From Nageia nagi (taxonomy: Eukaryota; Plantae; Pinophyta), in assembly GCA_050084985.1 (NCBI GenBank), contig JBITNC010000001.1, positions 72,478,001-72,542,000 of the forward strand: a stretch of 64,000 nucleotides of DNA. Reading direction: 5' to 3'. Below are positions 24,298 through 36,949 of this stretch, in pieces (within the stretch, counting starts at the first letter, position 1; each line of letters begins with the position of its first letter). The notes under the pieces are model-generated. The model saw only the letters and a list, made by a program, of their open reading frames with translations, was not told the origin of the DNA and ran no database searches. A program made the translations under genes and the position numbers.

Positions 24298-24553
24298 TTG
24301 GGTCCATCGCCTCTTAAAGGGGAAGTATGATCCATGAGGATCCGGTGTTGACCTCATTAAATCCCATAGATAACTAGACTTTCACAATTGGTTTGATCAC
24401 CCATAACAAGTGGAGAAGTATTGCTTTGACCTTTCACCAATCTTAGTGGCTTGTAATTAAAAACGCAATGAGGTCCATTGTCTTCGAAGGGGGAAGTATG
24501 ATCCAATGGTGACCTCATTTAATCCCCTAGATAACTAGAATTGCACAATTGGC
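24298..24553. repeat. Two diverged copies of a ~90-bp unit
   Basis: ggtccat…aggggaagtatgatcca…gacctcatt…agataactaga…cacaattgg repeated at ~24298 and ~24468. Confidence 0.7.
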
Positions 24554-27014
24554 ATGCATGACATTCCAAGTTGTTAAGTTGTAGCTTTGATGAAGACATT
24601 CCTAGCCATTAAGTGTCAACCATGGCAAGGACTCAATAGTTCGTCAAGAGTCCTCCATGATGATTGATGACTTTACCTATCTGGCAATGAACCCATGTTT
24701 GATGATGACGATACTATCATGAATCATCCTTGGAGTGAGAGGATAGGAGATAGGAGAAAAGTGAGATCTATAACATTATTGTTGTGTGTGTATGCACTGC
24801 AACAGTCCTCTTCACAGAGATACATAGCTACAATTTGTTGTGCGAGAGGGACTATACCCTGCTATACATCTCTACATAGAGACTTCGTTGTAACACATAT
24901 TAGTATATTTAATTGAGTATTCAAACTTGTATCCCTGTCTCAGTTATGGATTCTTGCTTGTAGTTTGTTGCTTCACAACTCGGTAGGGGTTTAACTCTTA
25001 ATAGAAAGGTTTAACTCTTAGTACATCAGTATTCCATATTGAAGGTTTTCACTTTAGGTCCACTAATTTGAATTATAACAGAACCAACACAAATTGTAAA
25101 TGAAATGGGTATAGAACATGATGTTAATGTTTCAGCAACTCATTGTTTAGGCCTAGATTGTGTCAGTTCATGTTCCTCTTGTGCAGCTACATATCAAATC
25201 CGATGGAGGACATTATTCCCCATTTTGATGGTTCAAGCTATGTGGACAAATTGGATGCTTGAATTTGGTGTCTGGAGGTGTTCTTTAAGATGTTGAATTC
25301 TTTGGAGACACAAACATTATCATTGTTGAGGTTCATATAGATGATCAAGCCATGGCCTTCTGGCAATCTTGTATTGAACATTGGGGACAAGAAACCCAAC
25401 ATTAAGAGTTGGAAGGGCTCTAAGAGGCTATTAGGAAGTGATGTTGTCTGCTGAAGTATACAAATGAGCTATTGTCATGATGGTTTAAGTCAATTGCTTG
25501 CTCATCTGGCTAGCTGTTCAAGATATTGAGGTCCTTCATATGAAATTCTGGCTGAAGCCTATTTTCTAAACTCCACAAGGAGTTGGAGCTCTCAATCATC
25601 AATCTTTGGAGAAGTATTTTGAACTTGTTTTATTGGTGAAGTAGAAGAAGGGACCTCAAAAATGAAACCAATCTTTTGTTTCCCAAAAGGAGAAGACACC
25701 ACGCATGATTTACACCTACTAGTTCCTCTAACTTTTCCTCAAAGAATCAGGATTTTTTATTAAAGTATCTAATTAAGAGCTAAGGATAGTAATATTGTGC
25801 TTATCAAAAGCAATCTTTGAAGATTGTGTTGAAGAATGTGTTTTTCAATATAAGAAGACAAAATACCTTTAGCAGAGCAACAATCATAGGAAAAAGATTG
25901 TAATGTTTCACTTTTTGGGGTCCCTTTCATGAGCATTTAATCACAAAGCTATTTTACCTCATCTTGTGGGATGTCCCTCCTTTAGGAGAAATTCTGTGTA
26001 TTTCGAGCATTTTATTGTATTTTGATGTATTTACGCCATTTTATGGCTTCCTGACGATGATGAGCATTCATCTTGAGTGCAAAAATGCTAACATTGAGCA
26101 CTTAAGGTTGGAAGTCCCTCTTCTGGGGGTTGAGTGATTTTTAGTAACTAGGATTATTTAATTAATTGCTAAAGTGTAGCGGGCCATTATCCACCATTAG
26201 ATACTAAATTTGTAATTATTGATCTCATCCTATGCTCCTAAAATAGGACATCTCACATGTGGGACTTAATGAAATCTTAAAATGTAATTTGGTGGGCCCG
26301 ATAGGTTAAAATTAGGTTAACGCCTCATTTTGGAGTGTAATTAATAATTTGTAACCCTAATGAGGAACTAGAATGTCTAGGTTGGGTCAACCAACCTCTT
26401 GGATGAGACACCTCCTATAAAAGGCTATTAGAGTCTCATTTGAAGGTTATGCTTGATTAATCATTATTTTGTGGGCGTGAGCTCTCCATTCCTCTTGTGC
26501 ACGCAGGGGAGGTACTTAAGGTCTAACATTCCAAAAGACTTATTCGACTGCCATCTCCTTAGGGTGTGGCATTCCCCTTGGTTGTTCAACTACCACGAAC
26601 ACAACTACTATGGAGTCCTGAATCCATCAAGGATTCACTCCATCACCACTATTGTGGAGTCTTGGAATCCATTAGGGATTCACTCCTTCAACACTACTGT
26701 AGAGTCCAAGAATCCATCAGGGATTCACTCCACCATTGCTGTTGAGATCCATCTAGGATCTACATTTCTACTGCAGAGACCTAACACTACTAGGGTTCGT
26801 CCACCTTGAAGAGGTTGTTTGGATCTCAACATGTAATCCAATCTCCTAGAGAGGATGTTTACGCTCGGAGTCATTCTGAGTCATCTTTCACTAATAGATT
26901 TGCATCCAAAGAGCTAGTCACATATAGATCCATATCCAGATTCCAGAGGAGCCAACATTAGATCGTACAACTTCTAGAGCCAGTTGGGGTCATTCAAGGT
27001 TCTTGAGTCGAGAT

Positions 27015-27743
27015 TGTAATGTTCCTTTTATTTTTATTGCTCAAGTGAATGCTCAAAACACAAAAATAAACTTGCAACCAAGGAACAATGTCAAAACTTA
27101 GAAAAATATGCAAAATAATGGAGAGAATCAGCCAAGGAATTTATTAAAAAAAATGATGTCAAACCAATACAATAGCTGAAGTGCCACAAATGCAGATCCA
27201 AGCTCACAAAAATGCCACAAATTGGCCAGATCTGAAAATGATGCAACAGAATGAGGCTAGGCTCCCATGCAAGGCCTCCAACCCTCAGATCTCTCCAAGA
27301 AATCGCTACCTCCAACTCTAGATGTGCAAGCATCCCCAAGATTGAGGCCCACAACTCCTGAAGTCTCCAAGCAATAGCTACCTTTAGCTCTAGGTGTACA
27401 AACACCTCCAAGACTAAGGCCCACAACCCTTGAGATCCAAATATGCATGAACAGTGCACACTTGGGTTGAGAAGGAATCTCCTTCACTCAAAATAATAAA
27501 ATAGATGATCCACAAGCTCCCTCAAATGGGATGCCCACTTCCCTTTCATAAGCTCTATTCTAATTTGGAGTTGACATCTCCCAACCCTAAAATCACTTAA
27601 AGTGCCCTATTACAAAATAAAAATATAAAACATAAATAAACACAACTTAAGTTATGTCTCCTAGTCACATGAACTCCTTTTTCACTTTTATAATTAAGTG
27701 TAGGAGACATTTACAAAAAAATATTTATTTTTGGTACATTACA
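27015..27743 (-). mobile_element. Solo LTR of the PDS5-carrying family
   Basis: Near-identical to 5255-5992 and 10563-11298; TSD GAGAT (27010-27014 and 27744-27748). Confidence 0.97.
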
Positions 27744-27852
27744 GAGATCCAGTCTCCTTGGTTGAGACATGTCATTCTAAGGCATCTTCATTGCTCTTTG
27801 AGTCTTGTAACTCATTTCTCTTGGCCCATTTCATTAATTTGTATTTGAGATC

Positions 27853-28475
27853 CCTAGTTGTAAAAATCGGTTTAGAATCCGATAAAATCGCCTAAAATCG
27901 GAATTGGCCAAGCAAAGGATTCGAACAAGATCGGATCCAATTTTTTTGCAAAAAGATTTTTTAGGATTTTTTTCGATTCAGATTCCGATTTTTTTGTCAA
28001 TAAAATCGTGATTTTTGGCAAAAAATCAATCGATGATTTTTTTGGATTTTTTAGGAGTAGCACTAGATGAATGTTTTGATTCAGATTTTGTTATTTTTTA
28101 TGAGTTTTTAGTAGTAGCACTAGATGAATGTTTTGAATCGTTTGATTCAGATTTTGTTATGTCACATTAGTAACCTTTAATGTTTTTTCATCATTGACAC
28201 TTGGACATTCGATATGTAATACAAAACTCTACAATTTCTTTGATATGCAATGTTGGATATTTTATGTGTTATTCTATATGGAATGTTATCAATTTAATAT
28301 GCAATGTTGAGATTTAGCTAAAACTGATTTGTTTCAATGTCAAATAGGCAAAATTTCTTCATCTTTTCTCTATGCCGATTTTATCCAATTTTTTTTCCGA
28401 TTGTTTCCGATTTTTCAAAAAATCTGAATTCTGCAGCCAAATGATTCCGATCCGATTCTGATTTTTACAACTATG
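27853..28475. mobile_element. hAT-type MITE
   Basis: TIR c(c/a)tagttgtaaaaatc; perfect 8-bp TSD TTGAGATC (27845-27852 and 28476-28483); ccgatt subterminal repeats. Confidence 0.93.
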
Positions 28476-28779
28476 TTGAGATCTATTTTTTGGCATCATT
28501 AATTTGTGTAAGTAGAGATCTAGTGTTCTAGTGTTGGACGCATGCTTTCCTTGAGTAATATTTTGTAAATCTTTGAGATCTCATGCCTAGATGCTAGATG
28601 CATGCCTATTTGATGTTGATCGTAGTAAATCATGCCCTAGAATAGTTTGCCCTATTTTTGGAGTAATATTGGTGCATTAAAAATAATTTATTGAGCATGA
28701 TTTTGGGCATTTTTGAGTAATTTGGGATTTATGGAAATTTAAGAGATTGAATTCAGAATTATTTGAGTATTTTTAAGGG

Positions 28780-29959
28780 TGTGATGTCCCCTTTGTATTA
28801 TTGGAAATAATTATGGAATTCAATGGATTCCTCTTTGTAATATATTATATTATTGTATTGTCTTTTAAATTATTGCTTGGGATAGAAGACTTGATGGGTC
28901 AATGGACCCTATTGTGAGACCCAAGTGAGATGTCTCCTTTCCAAGCATAGATTAGGAGTCTTAGTGTATTTGGAGATCCCGATCGTGATTGTGGGAATCC
29001 CAAGGTTCGTTTAGCACTTAGGAGATGTGATGAGCATTTATGTACATGCACCAATCTTCGGCACTCCTAGACCCCCACGTTGGCCCATGATGACACCCAG
29101 ACCCCATGCATGGCTCCTAGACCCACATTAGGCATGCATGGCACTCCGAACCCCCATGTTGGCACTTATGACACTCAAGGCCCCCACGTTGGCATGCTTG
29201 ACCCTAGCCACCCACGTTGGGCATTCTAGGCCCTCCAGGAGTCTAGCATTGGATTAGAGGAGCTGGGAATGATTCCTAGGTGAGATCCAGATCCATCCAA
29301 GTGTTATAAAAGGACATTGGAGCCTCATTATTGGATATGCTTAATTATTATTACACTCATACCGTCCAGAGGACAAGAAGACTTAGCGGTGCTAAGCAAA
29401 CCCCTAGGTGCAACATCTAGGAAGGCTATCAAGCTGAGGGATCCTGTTAGTCTATGACATTGGTGTAGCACCCTTGCCCATTTGATGGTCTTCCAAGGTT
29501 GAGCTTCTGCTATTCAGTTGGCCGCCAAGATCAAAGAAGGGCTCCTTCGGTGGAGAGGATTCGGGTTTTGAGGGAGCAAGACTATCACATCCATCCGTCC
29601 AGTTTGAGGATACACATTGTGCCCAAGTTGGCTCCTTGGAGACCAACATCCAAATCAAGGAGCTTGGTATTGTATTGCTATTCATTTCATATCATATATA
29701 CAGACTGTGGGCATTCGGATCTCATATCATTTGTGTGTATGCTTCATTATTGCAAAGATGTGGTGTATTTATCTATTTATGCATGTATGAGCCAGACGTT
29801 GGTATTGTTGTGTTACTCATGCTTGTAATTGATGCCCTAACCCTAACGTTGGCACCTTGAGGTTGTTTGAGCTTGCATTTACACTTCTAAGCCTGATGTG
29901 GGCATTTGCTTGGCTGGAATTGATAACTTTATTTTGAAATCGCATTTTGGATCATCACA
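28780..29959 (+). mobile_element. Solo LTR related to the LTR starting at 13918
   Basis: TGTGATG…CATCACA; TSD AAGGG/AAAGG (one mismatch); ~30-bp gacccc…gttggc repeats; TATA ~29305. Confidence 0.85.
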
Positions 29960-31093
29960 AAAGGTCCCCTATTTGGGAAACATCACAAAGATTCATAAAT
30001 TCAAGTATTAGATCCATGCACTTTCACTCACCTGATGGTTGTCATGCTCAATGAACCAGCAAACTCTCTTCCACAATAATTTTGGAGCTGGTTCTCAAGA
30101 ATGGCATCTTGAAGAACCTAATTTCTTCAAACTTGAACAAACTCTAGTTGCCAACTATAGTGCATCCTTTCTTATACCATTTAGAATGGGGTCAAAATGG
30201 AAGGTCAGCCAACATTTTTGTGACTTATCCCACAATTTGTTTTTCCGATGTTCACTATTGAGCCCATCTAAGGTATTATTCTTCATCATATCGTCAAAAT
30301 TGGTTGCTTCTGTCTGATACTTGGAACACATTATTAGCTTGAGGCCTGAGCTGTCTTTGATGTCTGTTACAAAAACCTACCACTTGCATACGGACTAAAA
30401 AGTTCATGGACCCATTATTCAACTATTAGTTGTTTGCTCTTTGGTAGGCCTGATGTCATATATGTAAATTTCCAGGCTGTTCTGATTGCTGATGGAATGA
30501 TTAGAAGGGCACTAACTAGTAGATGTGTGACTATTAGTTGGAGTTGTGTGCTTGGCTCTCCTGGTAGCCATAAAATGCTAGAAAAAGGAGGTGATTAGAG
30601 TTTTGTGGTGGTGGGATGATGTAATAATTGTCATTAGACTATTACCATCTTCCCAATAAAGAGGGCCAAACATCTGTCCGTATTTTTTCAGAATATATGA
30701 TTTTAACTGAGCTTTTATGTTATAATGCATTTTTGTTGATTTGGTAAATATTCAATTGTATATTTGTAACTACAAGTAAAACATAAGACATGCATTCTCT
30801 TTCTTTTTTGTATGTACATAAGGTCTCACAGTATTCTATATTTGCTATAATCAGTTCTTAGCATGTCTTAATGATGTTCCATCAACTGTATCCTTACGTT
30901 AGTGGGCTTCAAAACTAATATAGAACAAGCCAAGTCTGAGAGGTATTTCTCATTGTCTTCTATGGATTGCCCAGAGAGCCAATTGCAATTATAATATGAT
31001 CTTTCCTAGACTAAAATTTAAAGAATCTAGTGGCAAGTGGATCAGATCCTACTAACTGCCCATTTATTATTATGTTTGTTTTGTACAAAGCAG

Positions 31094-31216
31094 GAGTTCA
31101 ACAAAAAATCAAATTCTTTGTACACTATCCTCCGGAGTAGCAAGCTTGCTGGAAGCCAACGTGCACCTTTTTTGAGACAGTTCTTGCTTCGCTTAAATTA
31201 CAACTCTTTCTTTGAG
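31094..31216 (+). CDS. GCP4: Gamma-tubulin complex component 4, penultimate coding exon
   Basis: cag|GAG…GAG|gt, 123 bp. EFNKKSNSLYTILRSSKLAGSQRAPFLRQFLLRLNYNSFFE matches the recalled plant GCP4 C-terminus (Spc97/98 GRIP2 end, LLRLNxN). Confidence 0.93.
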
Positions 31217-31356
31217 GTATATCATTCTCTTATGATAACCATTTAAAATAATTTTGTGGATTGGAGACTAGAGATATTTTACTAGGCTTGAATGCAAAGA
31301 TCTCTCACAATTAATTGGAAGAGGTTTTTCTACTAACAATTTTCGATGGTCAACAG

Positions 31357-31419
31357 GCTACAGCAAGGGGTGCACTCAATGTTGTAAGGCCACGTCCAAG
31401 TTCATCAACATCACATTGA
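31357..31419 (+). CDS. GCP4: Gamma-tubulin complex component 4, last coding exon
   Basis: 140-bp GT-AG intron (31217-31356) with a ctaac branch point; ATARGALNVVRPRPSSSTSH* (cf. recalled Arabidopsis ATARGVLNVVRQRP…). Confidence 0.92.
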   Translation, partial: ATARGALNVVRPRPSSSTSH

Positions 31420-34129
31420 CTGTAAGCATGTAGAAATAACTGTCTCAAACTTATAAGCTATGTATCTATCACTACTTGGTTTTGTTTTCTTACAAGTTAC
31501 AAATCTGTGTGCAGATCAACTATGCTTAGAAGTGTTCAATGTAGAGATTGTATTGAAAGAATTTCATGAGAGCTGAATTTTGCTTCTGTTTTGGGTTTCC
31601 TTGAAATGGCTTTTATTAACATATTAATTATTTTGTTAGTAATATATTTTATAGATATTATAAACCCTTTTCTAAGGTGTATTATCTTAAAGGTTGAATG
31701 TGAGCTTTCCTAATTTCGGTTTTCTTAAGAGAAAGCAGCCAAGATACAATACATGTGAAGACATGTTATTGTGAAAAAGAAGATTAATCAAAAGTCTAAA
31801 GTTGGGTATGAGCTTGGGCTATGCCTCTACGCATGTTGTATTTATATCTAAATGTACATAATGTTATGGTAAAGGAAAAAAGAAAAACATTTATTCTTTA
31901 ACGACTGAGACTGTCCAAATCTTAGTATTGCTCATCCTAAATTGAAATATAATGACTTGCTCTTTCTGTAGCAATGTAAATTATTAGTTATATACTCTCA
32001 AGCAGGAGCAACATTCGTCTTATTCATCCTAAGAATTTAGATATGTTTTATTTTATAGAATAAAGGAAATTGAAATCTTATGTTTCTTTTATCCACAAAG
32101 ATTAGGAAGCATTTTCATTACATTTCTAGTTTATAGTTTATGGGTATTGGAAGCATTATACATTGTTGACAATATTTTAGAGAAATTATATGCTTTCTTT
32201 AGAGGATGTTAGTTTTTATTTTTTTGTAATTCTTGTGGTTTACGAGTAATAGACAAGAAATTGGTTTCATATTATGGGAATTTTTGTTGATAATTTGAGT
32301 TTGATTAGGTGTTTACTTCATTCATGGCTGTTAACAAGTGCTTCATTATAGCTATTACATAGCCATCAATGGAGTAACATATTTTTTACTATGTTTTTTG
32401 GTTGATATCTACATGCATGTCAATCAACGACATATCATATTTTATGTTTTGTTTAGGCTTTATGGTTGATTATGAAGAGTCATGAATAGTATATATATAT
32501 AACAATCAATGCAGAAATACGACATTTTTGAACTTTCTTGATAGGCAGCAATGTATTATGCTAAAAATCATAGCATGTCATTTCATATATAATGCATAGT
32601 ATTTAGATGAGTAGACTTTCTTGGTTACTGGAATATAGATCTAAATGACTTAAGTTTTTGTTGCATTGAATTCAATCACAAAATTTTTGACGATGGGAGT
32701 ATTATATTAACTCTTTTTCAAAGGCTATTCATAAATTTCAAATAACACGTTCATGTTTATTTTCAATTTCAAATATTTATGAAGTAGAAATACATTAATA
32801 TTTAAATTCTTGATTTTTTAGTCCATATTTACTAACCGTATTTCAGATTTTAGTAAGGGTTTAGAATTCACTTGAAAAATCATATGTTAGATTATGTTAG
32901 ATTTCATATTAAATATACTAATGCAGGCAAAGTCCCTTTCTCACAACCATCAAATATTTTGAATAAACTGCATGATATTTACGGCCTCATTAGACAACTA
33001 CATGAACCATTTAATGTATTTTTTAATAACAATATTAAGTAAAATTTTTATAGATCAGGGTCTCATGTTACAATCATGGTTAAACTTGAAATGTTGAAGA
33101 ACATTTTTGAGCCTTGAATGCAATAATAATATCATTAGATATGTAACACACAATGTATCACTAAAATAATATGTTTTTACGAGGAAATAGTGAATTTATT
33201 TAATCACTATAGTTTATACATAAACAATAATAAATATAGTAATGAAATATTTGTGTTGGTGATATCTTTGTATATAATCAGAGAGTCTTCACTCAATATT
33301 CATTTCTGTAATTCTGTTTTGCTTTGCAAATTTTGGTTCAAGATATATACTTTGAAATTATACTTAATTGGGAAAATGGGTTGAAAGAATTATGTTGGAG
33401 TTAGACATGGAATTGGAAGGATTAATTACTCAAATCTTTGTTGTTCAATTTGATAGTTCTAGCAATCAAATTGAAATATTAAATTTAAAAATGTTTATTT
33501 GATAATCATGTGATAAACAATGATAAATTAGTAATGATCAAGAGTTTTATTTAACAAGTTTTTGTAAGTATCATAGCAAAATTTTGTACTAGTTAAAGAG
33601 TATTTTCAATTAATATATGCCAGATAAGAATATATTTGAATTCAAGATTTCTTGTCCAAATGAAACAACTTGAAAATCTTGACCATGCTTCTTGTTTTGT
33701 TTGAAATTTATGTATAAAAATGCAAAAATGATTTAAATACTTAGAAATTATAGACAATTCACATTTGCAATGTTCATCTAATTGTAGGATCCATTCAAGA
33801 TGTTTATCTATTAATAATTTAATTTCTTGTGTGCCAAACACTTAATGAATGATATACAAATGATGAGAATGATACATTTTGAAGTATCTGCATGTGCCCT
33901 TTTGATATGTGAGCAAAGCCAAAGTAAGATACATGCTCTCAAAAAGTGTAGATAAAAGGCTATAATATTTAAGTTGAATCTTCTATAAAAATTATATATC
34001 TATAGAAGAAAATATTTAATTTATGTTATCTAAGCATGATTAGTAAGAAAAAAAAGCTATTCGCTTAAATATTCTAAACTAAGTGTTATTCGAAATTTAG
34101 TGTTTTTATCATTTAAAGTGAATTGAATG

Positions 34130-35860
34130 GGTTTTTTTAACACAAGGATCCAAAATCTTTATTTACAAAAATTAGATTCAAAAAGATGTCAATCATTTTC
34201 ATTGGTTACATTCATCTTGTCACTTAAAGTATGATTTCACATATTTTTCTAAGATTTGAGCTCTGAACGTAGTTTCCGCAATGAGTGTTTTGTAGTCATT
34301 TACAATGATGAGGCCTCTGTCCCTTGATCTGGCTTTATTGTTCTAGTGGTTTGACTTTCTTTGGATTTCACAGATGATTCTGATAAAGATGAGTTGGTGA
34401 TCCATTTCTTCTTACCATCCTTTTTTCTTTGAATTATGGAATGCTCGTAGGATTGATTCTATTGACGGCCATCATTATATCTTTCTAGATACTATTCTTG
34501 ATGTGTTATGTTTTAGCTTCTTGTATTTTTTTTTCTTATAGTAGGATAATAGAGGCATAAAATTTGTATGGTTATCTTTTAGAAGCCTATATTTAGAGGA
34601 TGCATTCAACCCCCAATATTCTATGAGATGACTCATTTTCTCTCCATTGTAGAGAGTGCTAATCTCCCATAGGTTTTTAGAGTTGTCTGCCTTTCATTTG
34701 TGATGTCTTTAGTTATTTCTTTTCCCTCCCTTCACCTTCTCTTCATCCTCCAACCTTGCCTTATTCCATATTAGCATTTACTTTTGCACTTCTTATGAGG
34801 CGAATGCTTAGCTAAGTTTTTGCTACATAAGTGTCCTATTGAGAGTCATTATGGTGGTTATTTTTTTAATTTACAGTTATTGCTTCCTCATATTTTGGCT
34901 TTTACTCTATTATATTCATGTTCGTTTGAGATTCTTGACTTAACCACCTTCCTATATTCCTTTTCAATGGGAAAATTAGATTTTTGTTTATAAATGTGCC
35001 TTTTTTCTTCTTTCTTTGAGGTCTTCATATTTAGGATCTTATCATTGGTTGTTGGAGTTGAGTTTTCTTCTTTTTGATTTTCCACAACTACTAGTGTCAG
35101 GCTATGTTGGATATCCTTAACATATGGGTTTCCTTTTGAGGGGATTTATCCCTTCTCTAGTTTCTCTTGGTCTTTTTGGATTGCAATCATTTGATGACCC
35201 TCCTGATGTTGTTTAGGATGCCATACTTTCTAAATTTTAGGTTACATTCATTGGGTAAATTTTCACATTATGTCCTACTTTTAGGCAAGTTGGACAAATG
35301 ATATTGCTTTTTGCAGTGGATTTCTTTGTGACTATAACTTGATATCCTTGGAGAGTTGGACTTCAAATTCTACTTAAATGGAGAATCTTGCCAAAATGAG
35401 TTTGAATCTCGCTTTTGTTACTTGATTACGAACCTACTATTCCTTACTAACTTTATGATGCCAAATTTTGAAGAGATATTTGGTAGATTCACCTGAATTT
35501 GTGTTGAAAATATTTGCGGTATTAATGGATTAAAACTTGGTTTCAAATTCTCTAGAAATATAACTCTTTTCTCAAAAAACCATGGCTAGCACTCAAGACA
35601 TAATTTTGATATTCTATGTGCCCAAAGGAGAATATAAAGTAGTCGTTCGACATTGCAATTTTTTTGATATTACCTTTGATAACACATTTTACTTTTTCCC
35701 AATTTTGAATTAAGTTAATGTTAGGCCAAACACCCAATAGAGGACCAACCAAACTGCAAATGTCTCTCTTATCTATTAATCAATAATGCACTAGAAGATT
35801 TTAGGATACAAATTATCTCCATCACCTTTGGCCCTTAGGGATGAGCATGAGTTACTCAAA
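34130..35860 (-). mobile_element. Decayed L1 LINE (ORF1 DUF4283 and zinc knuckle, endonuclease remnant)
   Basis: LVGPLLGVWPNINLIQNW…MSNDYFIFSF…YVL is DUF4283-like; downstream VNLP and a Cys/His knuckle remnant; many stops. Confidence 0.6.
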
Positions 35861-36049
35861 TGAGAAGAGGCTTGCTAGGAGCATAGTAGAGCATCCATAG
35901 TTAACATTGCATGGGCATAATTGTAGCAATCAAGGAACTATACGGTTGATTTTAGAGAGCAGAGAAAGATGAGAGAAATGAAGAATATTTTTGACATGTT
36001 CTCAACATTCAAGTTAACCATGACTATCACATGAGATCCTTTTAAGCAT

Positions 36050-36800
36050 ATATTCTCTAAGAGGGGATTACCTCTTGCCTTGTAACTCCAATAATACTCC
36101 ATGGTTGTGAAGTTTGGGGTGGAAGTATTTATAGATAAACTTGGAATAAATTTGGGCAAATTAAAAAATAATTTATACTTTATAACTTCAAAAATTTTAA
36201 ATAACACATATTATCCTTTCCTTCTTATGGAAGTGGGTTTACTCCCTATTGAGAGTGAAGCTTTAAAACAACATATATTATATAATTATAAACTTACAAA
36301 GTTAGGCCACCTTAGATTTTCTATAGTCACCAACCAAACTTGCCTAACTCATCAACCTCTTAAAAGAGGCTAGCTAAAAGACTTTGATAAATGGCATGAT
36401 TTTTTTGGGTATATATAGTAACATAATCCCTTATGGTAGCAACAATTTAGAAGTACAAATTACAAATAAAGTAATTAAATTTCTTTAGAGTGATGATAAC
36501 ATCAAAGATAAAAGAAAACTAGCTTATTGCAAAAATATCATTAATCCAAAACTTGAACATTCATTCTATCCACATAAGATTATTAATCTCGAAAAGAAAC
36601 TTGTGATTGCAAAATTAAGAACTAATTCACATGAACTACATAGTGAAAATTATAGATGGACAATACATAAAACACCTTGGGATAAAATATTTTTGAAGTT
36701 TTGTAACTTAAATACCATAAAAGATGAGACTTGTTTTCTCTCTTCTTTTTTTTTGTTCATTATACAAAGATATTAGACAAATCCATGGGATAAAATATTT
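36050..36800 (+). mobile_element. LINE (RTE/L2-like) ORF2 C-terminal fragment
   Basis: LLMEVGLLPIE…; IAKLRTNSHELHSENYRW…FCNL…DETCFL…CSLYKDIR, a C-terminal CCHC-like remnant. Confidence 0.65.
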
Positions 36801-36949
36801 TTTTGTTCCTTACGAAGCATATGATTTGATCATCCTAAACAAGACTGCTCAATTCGCTCGATCCACATATTATACTTGTTTACCTTTTGTTGGTGGTACT
36901 AGTGTGTCAATTATGCTCTAGCCAATCTCCTCTTCACCTTTCTTCCATT

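Larger units (their letters stand above)
25899..29987 (+). mobile_element. Solo LTR (~1.54 kb net) containing three nested insertions
   Basis: TGTAATGTTTC…GAAACATCACA; TSD AAGAT (25894-25898 and 29988-29992); TATA cctataaaagg ~26414; ~39-bp repeats at 26610-26740. Confidence 0.88.
25190..30330 (+). mobile_element. Ancient gypsy gag/protease relic split by the solo-LTR cluster
   Basis: FPHFDGSSYVDKLDA…LEVFF gag-like segment near 25215; degenerate coding-like sequence resumes after the AAGAT TSD at 29993. Confidence 0.45.

Noticed and set aside
8773-31419. Functional linkage between PDS5 cargo and GCP4 (both cell-division genes)
   Set aside because: Nothing in the sequence supports it; insertion into a giant intron is sufficient explanation.
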